Positions 19,598 through 26,599 of a stretch of DNA of 27,193 nt are shown here, piece after piece; the stretch's first letter is position 1, and each line of letters starts with the position of its first letter. The notes under the pieces were generated by a model. That model had not been told where the DNA came from. It saw only the letters and a list, made by a program, of their open reading frames with translations, and ran no database searches. Location of the stretch: positions 1 to 27,193 of the IMG/VR virus record IMGVR_UViG_3300012953_002253. One strand, 5' to 3'. This stretch comes from a virus. Its lineage: Duplodnaviria > Caudoviricetes. The translations under genes were made by a program, and so were the position numbers.

Positions 19598-19608
19598 TTA
19601 AGTATCCT

Positions 19609-20022
19609 CTAATTTATTGTAATTGAAGTTGGCTGTTGTTCTTCTGGTATCTTCACTTTAAGAAGTACCGTTAGAAGCCCATCAGTAAACTCAGCATTTT
19701 CTACAACAACGTGTTCTGCAAGTGCAAAGTCACGTATAAAAGACTTGCCACTGATTCCTTTATGTAAGTAGGAATCTTTTTCGTCAGACGATTGTTTCTT
19801 GCCTTTGATTGTTAGTTTAGCATCTGTTCTGGAATGAACGACTTCAATGTCTTTTTTATTCCAACCTGCTAAAGCTACTTCGATTTTATATTCATCATCG
19901 TCAATCTTAACAAGATTAAATCTTGGGTATTCTACTTGGCTGTAACCATTCATAAAGTTTCTTTGTAAACGGTCAAAGCCTACTAAAAAATTGTTGAAAT
20001 CAGATAAAGCGAGTGTATTCAT
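19609..20022 (-). CDS. hsp20: Small heat-shock protein, Hsp20/alpha-crystallin family, IbpA-like (137 aa)
   Basis: Motifs are VGFDRL, YPRFNLVK, IEVALAGW, YLHKGI, DGLLTV and a C-terminal IXI motif (SITIN). The true start is the ATG at 20022, with AGGAGA at 20029-20034. Confidence 0.95.
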   Translation of the reverse strand: MNTLALSDFNNFLVGFDRLQRNFMNGYSQVEYPRFNLVKIDDDEYKIEVALAGWNKKDIEVVHSRTDAKLTIKGKKQSSDEKDSYLHKGISGKSFIRDFALAEHVVVENAEFTDGLLTVLLKVKIPEEQQPTSITIN

Positions 20023-20034
20023 AGTATATCTCCT

Positions 20035-20072
20035 ATTTCCTTTCGGTAAATGTTTAGACCCTTTCGGTGTCT
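20035..20072 (-). promoter_or_regulatory. Tandem bulged-A GAAA-tetraloop hairpins immediately 5' of the hsp20 RBS
   Basis: The mRNA reads AGAC-A-CC-GAAA-GG-GUCU (20072-20056), AAAC, AUUU-A-CC-GAAA-GG-AAAU (20051-20035), then AGGAGA. Confidence 0.7.
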
Positions 20073-20224
20073 GCTTGTGCATCTTTTTTGTTTTTACGAA
20101 AAATGCGGTCGTAATTCTCATCATATTTTTTCTTGTCAAACCCTTTACGGTAACGACTTTCTTTACTGACAATCGTTCCTGTGTGCATGACAATTGGTTT
20201 TTCGTCTGATCCTAGTTGTGGCAT
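20054..20224 (-). CDS. Small basic hypothetical protein, 56 aa (MPQLGSDEKPIVMHTGTIVSKESRYRKGFDKKKYDENYDRIFRKNKKDAQADTERV), missing from the ORF track
   Basis: Translated by hand. A GGAG RBS directly follows the capsid terminator U-tract. The YDENYDRIF motif resembles small basic phage proteins (recalled). Confidence 0.75.
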   Translation of the reverse strand: MPQLGSDEKPIVMHTGTIVSKESRYRKGFDKKKYDENYDRIFRKNKKDAQADTERV

Positions 20225-20236
20225 ACAAAAATCTCC

Positions 20237-20269
20237 AAAAAGGTTTGGGGGCGGTTAAGCCCCCTTACC
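20237..20269 (-). terminator. Rho-independent terminator after the major capsid gene
   Basis: The mRNA reads GGU-AA-GGGGGC-UUAACC-GCCCCC-AA-ACC-UUUUU, starting 3 nt after the capsid stop codon. Confidence 0.88.
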
Positions 20270-20272
20270 ATA

Positions 20273-21262
20273 TTAGTCAATTCCGTAGAACGCTGAAACG
20301 AGTGCTTCGCCTCGCAGAACTTTAGCGCCATAAACGTGTAGTCCACGTACTATGTCTCCAAAGCTATCAGGGTCACGGAGAACCTCAGTGCTAGTAATCG
20401 TCTGAGCAGTAGCAGTAGAAGAAATATGTCCAGCAATACACTTACCAGCAGCGTTGCTAGTGTCTGCTATATTGTTGGTTTTATACATATTAAATCCACG
20501 CAACTTACCAGAAGATACTAGTCCGTTACGAATTGAACCTTGACCAGCATTGTAGTCTACTGACAAAAGCTTAGAGGCACTTTGAGAAAGCACTTCATAA
20601 AAGTCAGGACTTGCTAAGAACCAACGTCCTTCTTCGGGTACGTTTTGTTCATCAAGCAGTCGAGCCATTTTTGCCATGACATCAATTGGGTCATGTTCGT
20701 TAGAACCAAAACCTATGTCTAAGTTACCTGTTCCGTCAAACGTACCAGAAGCAAGGTCAGTCGCATTGTCTGATCCCATTACATGATCTGGGCTTGAGCT
20801 GGAAACTCCAGAAAACATAGAAATAATTACACCTGCATCAAAAGCATCACGCAATGCGTAAGCGGCTGAAGAGGTTGCTACGTCACGAAAGTTAACGTGG
20901 GACATTTGAGTTTCAATGTCATCAACGATAAACTTAAATGCGTTTGCTATATCAACAACCAAAGTTACTTCTGAGTCAGTTAACTTAGTTGCTGAGACAG
21001 TGCCTCCTCTTTCATACTGATCCACAGTGATTTCGGGTTCTTTGATAATTCTTACGCTATCACCAAAGTTTGCAATTTCACCAGCATAGTCCGTGTTAGT
21101 GATCGCTTCGGCTACAGAAGCCTTACGAAAAAAGTTTAGAACCTGCTTGGAATAAACCTTTGGTAAAAAGAATGAATTAGTTTGGCCACTTACAGAGTTA
21201 CCAAAGTTAGCATTGGTATCCGTACTTGGCTCAAAAAATTGGTCTGAAGTATTACTAGCCAT
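20273..21262 (-). CDS. Major capsid protein (HK97 fold, P22/T7-like podovirus type), 329 aa
   Basis: Motifs are FLPKVYSKQVLNFF, TNTDYAGEIANFGDSVRI, LDEQNVPEEGRW and FGDIVRGLHVYGAKVLR. It has a strong AGGAGG RBS, follows the scaffold gene and is followed by a terminator. Confidence 0.93.
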   Translation of the reverse strand: MASNTSDQFFEPSTDTNANFGNSVSGQTNSFFLPKVYSKQVLNFFRKASVAEAITNTDYAGEIANFGDSVRIIKEPEITVDQYERGGTVSATKLTDSEVTLVVDIANAFKFIVDDIETQMSHVNFRDVATSSAAYALRDAFDAGVIISMFSGVSSSSPDHVMGSDNATDLASGTFDGTGNLDIGFGSNEHDPIDVMAKMARLLDEQNVPEEGRWFLASPDFYEVLSQSASKLLSVDYNAGQGSIRNGLVSSGKLRGFNMYKTNNIADTSNAAGKCIAGHISSTATAQTITSTEVLRDPDSFGDIVRGLHVYGAKVLRGEALVSAFYGID

Positions 21263-21285
21263 TTTTATATCCTCCTAGTGAGTAA

Positions 21286-22122
21286 TTAACCTTTTACTAC
21301 TCTGCCTTCTGATATAGCTTCTCGTATTTCATTTTCATACTTATCAAACTTATCAAGAGACATCGCAGCGATTTCCCCTTCAGTCCAAATCTTAGGTTGT
21401 TTAGCATCTATAGTAGTTGTCTTGGTAGACACCATATCTGCTGCTGAACCTTTAGGTTTAGACTGTGATTTAGTTTGAGTTTTGTAACCATTCTCAGCTT
21501 TAAAAAGATCAATAGCCTTTGACGCTAACTGAGCATTGTCTGGATTTTTATATATCCATTCTTGTATTTGCTCTGGTTGCGCTTCAGCCCACCCATGAAA
21601 TTCTTCAGAGTTCCTGAGTTCAGGAAAGTCTGGATGTTTTGCAAGTATATCAGCTTCAGCTTCACGTTGTAAGATACGCGCTTCACGCTCTCTTATTGCA
21701 CTAAGCTGTTCTTCAATCTGTCCTACTTGTTCAGAACTTCGTAAGTGTGCGACAGTCTCTACTGTGTCATACAGATCAGGATATTCTTCCTTGAACTTTT
21801 CTATGTCTTCTTGAGTTTTAGGGGCTTGGTATTGGGGTCTGGCGGTTGCCAGCAACTCCTGCTCCCTCTGTTTAAATTCAGAAAGTTTATCATCATAATG
21901 ACGTTTGAGATCATCGTATCTCTTTTTATAATTAGTTCGTTTTTTGGGAGTCTTTTCTTCTTCTCCTTCCTCTTCAGGGGCCGTATTCTGGGTAGCCTTC
22001 TTAGGTTTTTCAAAAAACAATTGATCCGCAGTATTTACCTTTTCACCGTCTGGTGTATGCCAAGGTTTATTCATGTTATACGGATTCGCTTCTTCCTCCT
22101 GTGTTTGGGTTACTTCACTCAT
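21286..22122 (-). CDS. Capsid scaffolding protein (278 aa)
   Basis: It has an acidic disordered N-terminus, a coiled coil (YKKRYDDLKRH), and a C-terminal helix-turn-helix-like coat-binding end (IAAMSLDKFDKYENEIREAISEGRV). It lies directly upstream of the capsid gene. Confidence 0.82.
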   Translation of the reverse strand: MSEVTQTQEEEANPYNMNKPWHTPDGEKVNTADQLFFEKPKKATQNTAPEEEGEEEKTPKKRTNYKKRYDDLKRHYDDKLSEFKQREQELLATARPQYQAPKTQEDIEKFKEEYPDLYDTVETVAHLRSSEQVGQIEEQLSAIREREARILQREAEADILAKHPDFPELRNSEEFHGWAEAQPEQIQEWIYKNPDNAQLASKAIDLFKAENGYKTQTKSQSKPKGSAADMVSTKTTTIDAKQPKIWTEGEIAAMSLDKFDKYENEIREAISEGRVVKG

Positions 22123-22132
22123 AATATATCTC

Positions 22133-22222
22133 CTACGGGGCTTGTACTCTACAAGGTAGCCATACTAATTCTTTCTTTTGGCCGATGAAAAAATCTATGG
22201 GGCTTGTCCTGTCAAGGTAGCC
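22133..22222 (-). promoter_or_regulatory. Direct repeat of a hairpin motif (GGCUACCUUG-loop-CAAGCCCCRUAG) in the scaffold 5' leader
   Basis: The copies lie at 22222-22195 (GGCUACCUUGACAGGACAAGCCCCAUAG) and 22161-22133 (GGCUACCUUGUAGAGUACAAGCCCCGUAG). The second runs into the RBS AGGAGA at 22134-22129. Confidence 0.72.
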
Positions 22223-22233
22223 GTTGGTTTAAA

Positions 22234-23766
22234 TTAACTAAGACTGGGTGCTTTATTAGCTTTTGTAGCCATGAGTTCCATTAACTCTTTGTCTACACCA
22301 CCTGTCATAGTCGTGTTAGCGTTTGTGTTAGCCATAAGACCTCCACGTTGACGCTGTTGTCGCATCATACCACCATCAAAAGCACGTTCTGCGTCATCCA
22401 TCATTGTTTGCAGGTTATCGGCTCCGATCTGGTCTGTTGCTTTTTTGGTCATCACAAACTCTCCATCTGACAATCGTGCAGGTATTGAGTCTGATAAACC
22501 ATCTCCGGGGCCTTGGACTTCTCCTGCCCCAGAAAACTCAGAAGCTGTGTCTACAACCTTGTCAAATATCATGCTTAGTTGTGGATCAGCTTCTAAAGTA
22601 TTCATTAAATAATCTTGTTCTTCTTCATTAAGAGATTCGCTCAGTACGAACTCCATGTAGTTATCTTCCATTTCAGCATCAGGTCTTTGGTCTGCTGCTT
22701 CTATCTCTTCTGGCGTAGCGTTTGGATAAGTATCTACAGGTACATCTTCCATTGGAGCTTCGGCGGTTAACTCTGGTGGAATTTTCATTGCTCCACCTTC
22801 ATTCTTTTCATCTCTTGGCATTGGATCTGAAGCTTCAAAAATAGCTTCATTAGTTTCAGGGTCAACAGGAAGCGCTCTTTCAAGCTCTGGAATATATCTA
22901 AATATACGACCTTTACTATCTTTTTTTGGAGTAATGTTTTGTTCTTTAAATTGAACAGCATATATTTTTCCATTATGTACAAACTCTGCTGCTCCAGCCG
23001 AAAAAGCTTCACTAAATAATCTATCTTGTTCTGCTCTATCTTGTGCAGCTTTATCGCTTACTCCAGCAGTTGCTGTCATTGCTTGTGTTTCGGCTTCACT
23101 AATTTGATCAGGTGTAGCTTCTTCTAGATCTATTCCAGAGGCTTTTAAATTTGCTATGACTTTATCAGCCATTTCTTTAGTTTCATATGTACCAACAGTT
23201 CCAGCAATTCCTCCAGCAGTTCCTAAACCTAACATTTTAAAAGCTTTTTTTCGTGACTCTCTATCTACAGGTAGCCCTTCTCCAAACCCCTCTGCCCTTA
23301 TATTCTGACCAACTGTGCCTTCTGTAGTAACAGCTCTATACATTTGTCTGATTTCATCAGCAGCCCTAGCCGCTAGTGGAGCATCATCAGGAATTGTTTT
23401 ACCACCACCTCTTCGTTTCGCTTCAATTTTACGTATGTCTCCTACGTGCTTATCTGTATAAGGAGAATTATTTTTCCAATCTGACCCATATACATTTTCA
23501 AGAGTTGTTTCGTGTAATTTTTTTCCCTTTAAACCTTCAGCCGCTAAATTTTCTGATTCTTTGTATATAGCGCCTATGTCTCTAGGTAGCGCTTTTTCTA
23601 ATTGTTTATTACTTTTTGTAAGTGCATCTGAAATAACATTTTTTAATAATAAACCTGCATCAACTACTTTGCTTCCTACGCCAAACTGCTCTCTATCGGT
23701 AGGAGATAATATAGAAGATTTATTTCGATTGCGTGTTTTTTTATTTTTTCGCGCTGGTTTTTTCAT
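22234..23766 (-). CDS. Head-region protein (510 aa) with a C-terminal GPGxGxSDSIPARLSDGEFV domain
   Basis: It lies between portal and scaffold. It has a basic N-terminus, and the C-terminal domain resembles the GEFV region near the C-terminus of lambdoid tape-measure proteins (recalled). Its function is not established. Confidence 0.65.
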   Translation of the reverse strand: MKKPARKNKKTRNRNKSSILSPTDREQFGVGSKVVDAGLLLKNVISDALTKSNKQLEKALPRDIGAIYKESENLAAEGLKGKKLHETTLENVYGSDWKNNSPYTDKHVGDIRKIEAKRRGGGKTIPDDAPLAARAADEIRQMYRAVTTEGTVGQNIRAEGFGEGLPVDRESRKKAFKMLGLGTAGGIAGTVGTYETKEMADKVIANLKASGIDLEEATPDQISEAETQAMTATAGVSDKAAQDRAEQDRLFSEAFSAGAAEFVHNGKIYAVQFKEQNITPKKDSKGRIFRYIPELERALPVDPETNEAIFEASDPMPRDEKNEGGAMKIPPELTAEAPMEDVPVDTYPNATPEEIEAADQRPDAEMEDNYMEFVLSESLNEEEQDYLMNTLEADPQLSMIFDKVVDTASEFSGAGEVQGPGDGLSDSIPARLSDGEFVMTKKATDQIGADNLQTMMDDAERAFDGGMMRQQRQRGGLMANTNANTTMTGGVDKELMELMATKANKAPSLS

Positions 23767-23769
23767 ATA

Positions 23770-23997
23770 TTACATCTCTTTTTCATTAAGTGTCGAAATA
23801 ACATTATCCTTGAGCTGCTCTAGGAGTACCAGAGAACTCAGCTTCCCCTGACTGCGGAACAACTCCAGTTCCGATGTTGCCACCGCCAGTACCTGTTGCT
23901 CCAAGGTCTTGCGGTTGTGGAGGTACAGCTTGAGGGCTTCCCATGCCTCCTTGTTGTTGATCAGGGGTAGGAGTTTCTTCGCCAGTTGTTTGTCCAT
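23770..23997 (-). CDS. Small helical head-associated protein (75 aa), overlapping the portal 3' end
   Basis: The LFRSQGKLSSLVLLEQLK pattern is typical of the small protein that follows podovirus portals. AGGT lies 7 nt upstream of the ATG, and the ORF ends 3 nt before the next start. Confidence 0.75.
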   Translation of the reverse strand: MDKQLAKKLLPLINNKEAWEALKLYLHNRKTLEQQVLAVATSELELFRSQGKLSSLVLLEQLKDNVISTLNEKEM

Positions 23998-25978
23998 TTT
24001 GCATACCTATAATTTGTGCCATGATCGCAGCTTCTTCTGGATCATTCATGAGTTCATCTGGGTCTAAGTCTAGGCTATACGCTAACTCAGAAATTAATTT
24101 GTTCATCTTTATAAACGGAGCAACCGCAGGATTTTGTACTGTTTGCAAAAACATAGTGAGTCTTTGTGACCGTACTTCTTTCTGCATTAAACTATTTGTA
24201 CCTGTTGCTTTTATTTCTAAATCTCCGTCTACGCCTAATTGTTTTTCAAGAAACTGCATATTCCATTGAAAGTACGATTCGCCTAAAGGCTTTAATAAAA
24301 AATCATCCAAGTTTTTTATTACTGTCTTTATGTTAAGTGACGCTGCACCCAATAACATGGACATACCAGAGGCCGTTCTTGTCATGCTTTGTACGCCTGT
24401 TTGACCATGCGAGTAACTTGGAATACCTGTTTGTTCATCTGCAAGCTGTCGAAACTTATCAAACATCATCATGTTTTCTGTGGATGTATTCGGAAACTTT
24501 AATCCGTTTATTGCAGTTCCGGGAACTCCAGCTTGTCTTTTGAATACTTTTCCGGGATATACTTCCATACTTTGACCACCTACCAAAGCAGTCTCATCTA
24601 CATCAAATACTAATGAACCTGAGAGTGCTAGGTTGTCGATAGCCATTCTCGCGTGTCCATTCATTATCTGTTGCGAGTCATCCATGTTTTCTGCTACACC
24701 AATACCAAAGAAACTATAAGGATTCTTTTCGTAAGGAAACGCTTGATAGGGTACTCTAAATGGTGTAAACGGATTGACAACTGCTCGTAACAGTTTACCG
24801 TTAGATATCCACGCATTGATTTGTACTTCATCTAAATCGTCTACATCTTCTGGAAGCTCCATTCCAACTTCACGGGCATACTCTGCATCCATTACACCCC
24901 AATATTCTAAAACCTCGTATTGTCCTAAACCATAGTCCATTGCGCCATCTTCATCACGAAGCTCATGCTCGTAGTCTTGCTCTATATAATTTGGCCCCAT
25001 GTTCAAACATTCGCGAATAGCATCTCTATCAAAGTAAGGCATCTTTCCCAAAGCTCTTAACTGGCTTCTGTTTAAACGATGTCGGTGAAAGATATATTCT
25101 GCTTCGTCCATAGTTGTAGCGTTAGGATCAGCGAAAAAATCCCAAATGGATACAAACTCAATACGAGGAACACGTACATTAATAGGTGTATATGTTCTAC
25201 TACCTTCGGAGTCTTCAGCCCATCTATTAAGTGTTTTATTGAAGTTAAATGGCCCCTTAATGATTCCTGTACCGAACAGAGAACATTCAAAAAGTGCCGA
25301 CCGTAGCTCACTAGAGCCATTGGATTCTTCAATTTGATCATGAATTAACTTTTCCATCCTCCTTGCTGCTTGTTGAGCAGGGTTTACTTCTAAGGCTTCT
25401 GGAATAGGACTTAGCCCTTCTGTCATATTTAATTTTTTTTCAGGGCGTACTACTTCAAATTTACCTGAGCCGTAAGTTGCTCCGGGTTTTAGTACACGGC
25501 CATCCCCTTCATATCCCACATCAAATGGGTTATCTAGTTCCTCCGTTGGTTCTTCTTCTTCCGACATCTGTGGTGGAGTAGTTTCCAGAGAAGGATTAAA
25601 GTGTGCGTGTTCTTCAATCCCCTCTGGAACATTGGTTTCGGATACACCAATAGGAAACTTATTTCCACCAAAAACTACATCGACTAGTTGTCCAAATGCA
25701 GCCAAAACTTTCGTTTTTGTTACCTTAACAAATACTCTAGACTTTTCAGATTCACGGAAACGTATATGTTTTCCGTATAGCCCACGATAGTTATGGTAAG
25801 CAGTTAGCCAGCGAGTCTCGTCTTGATCTCTTGCAGACTGTGCCGAAGCATACCTATCCATAAGCAAACCAACAAGACTAACACGCAAGGACTCGTCAAG
25901 ATTGAGCGTCTTACCGTGTTCATCTTCAACTTCCTGAAAATAAATCTCGTTGGCAGTTAGAGTATTCTCTTCATTCAT
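23804..25978 (-). CDS. Portal protein (head-tail connector), 724 aa
   Basis: It lies downstream of the terminase. Motifs are SRVFVKVTKTKV, FECSLFGTGIIKGP, VSIWDFFADP, PYSFFGIGVAENMDDSQQIMNGHARMAIDN and TRTASGMSML, with a low-complexity Q/G/P tail. Confidence 0.92.
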   Translation of the reverse strand: MNEENTLTANEIYFQEVEDEHGKTLNLDESLRVSLVGLLMDRYASAQSARDQDETRWLTAYHNYRGLYGKHIRFRESEKSRVFVKVTKTKVLAAFGQLVDVVFGGNKFPIGVSETNVPEGIEEHAHFNPSLETTPPQMSEEEEPTEELDNPFDVGYEGDGRVLKPGATYGSGKFEVVRPEKKLNMTEGLSPIPEALEVNPAQQAARRMEKLIHDQIEESNGSSELRSALFECSLFGTGIIKGPFNFNKTLNRWAEDSEGSRTYTPINVRVPRIEFVSIWDFFADPNATTMDEAEYIFHRHRLNRSQLRALGKMPYFDRDAIRECLNMGPNYIEQDYEHELRDEDGAMDYGLGQYEVLEYWGVMDAEYAREVGMELPEDVDDLDEVQINAWISNGKLLRAVVNPFTPFRVPYQAFPYEKNPYSFFGIGVAENMDDSQQIMNGHARMAIDNLALSGSLVFDVDETALVGGQSMEVYPGKVFKRQAGVPGTAINGLKFPNTSTENMMMFDKFRQLADEQTGIPSYSHGQTGVQSMTRTASGMSMLLGAASLNIKTVIKNLDDFLLKPLGESYFQWNMQFLEKQLGVDGDLEIKATGTNSLMQKEVRSQRLTMFLQTVQNPAVAPFIKMNKLISELAYSLDLDPDELMNDPEEAAIMAQIIGMQNGQTTGEETPTPDQQQGGMGSPQAVPPQPQDLGATGTGGGNIGTGVVPQSGEAEFSGTPRAAQG

Positions 25979-26586
25979 TAGACGTTATACACAATTCCAT
26001 CACTAGGTAAAGCACCTAAATGCAAAAACTGCACTAAGTAAGTTACGGTTGTTGCAGCAGTTCCTAAGTTATTAGCCAAAGGCGTTAGGCGAGCGTGTAG
26101 TGTTCGAGCAGCCGCAGAGTATAGCGTAGCTGCAATTACAATAGCTTCTGAAGTTGCTGGCCCACCTACGACACCTGCTGTTACTCCCGTACCTACAAAA
26201 GCATTAGCAGCATGACCGTGAGAGTTTTGAATGATATACAAAGGTGCATTTGCAGTCCATGTTACTGCGCTGCCACCGTCATCTAAAATTGCTTTTTGGT
26301 CAATAAGCTGACCGCCACCTGCGGAAGTTCCTAAATCAAAGTCTACGTCATCGCCTGAAGCACCTGCGGTTACAATGTTACCTGCTGGAATTGCAATTAG
26401 ATTACGAATAATTGTATCTGCTGGTTGCGTAAAGCTAACATCAGTATTTGTATCTGCGGTAACAGCAATTGTTCCCGTTGTTACGGAAGTCCAAGAATGA
26501 ACCATGTTATCAGCCATGAGTCTTACGGAAGCAAGATCGGCTGTGTTTCTTCCTGAATCCCTTATATCTATTACTGGACTTGCCAT
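25978..26586 (-). CDS. Putative structural (decoration/cement-like) beta-rich protein, 202 aa
   Basis: It is Ala/Thr/Gly-rich with a beta-strand pattern, has a strong AGGAGA RBS, and is TAATG-coupled to the portal. The function is inferred from composition only. Confidence 0.5.
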   Translation of the reverse strand: MASPVIDIRDSGRNTADLASVRLMADNMVHSWTSVTTGTIAVTADTNTDVSFTQPADTIIRNLIAIPAGNIVTAGASGDDVDFDLGTSAGGGQLIDQKAILDDGGSAVTWTANAPLYIIQNSHGHAANAFVGTGVTAGVVGGPATSEAIVIAATLYSAAARTLHARLTPLANNLGTAATTVTYLVQFLHLGALPSDGIVYNV

Positions 26587-26599
26587 AATATTTCTCCTA

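Noticed and set aside
20023-20193. 57-aa N-terminal extension of Hsp20 in the 194-aa ORF call
   Set aside because: Family similarity begins at MNTLALSDF, which has a strong AGGAGA RBS. The extension overlaps a better 56-aa ORF in another frame.
20996-21016. YERGGTV in the major capsid protein, resembling the FERGGKV tag
   Set aside because: It lacks the upstream basic residue and lies inside the folded capsid protein, probably in the E-loop region. It is likely coincidental and was not counted among the tags.
22185-22215. Perfect TTGACA on the minus strand inside the distal scaffold-leader hairpin, as a possible sigma70 -35 box
   Set aside because: There is no TATAAT-like -10 at 16-18 nt spacing (a T-run lies there), and the hexamer is not kept in the second copy of the repeat.
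22234-23766. Calling the 510-aa or the 1748-aa protein a tape-measure protein of a long-tailed phage
   Set aside because: There are no tail tube, tail terminator or baseplate genes. The adaptor-nozzle-fiber-ejection layout is podoviral, and the tape-measure resemblance is limited to about 60 aa.
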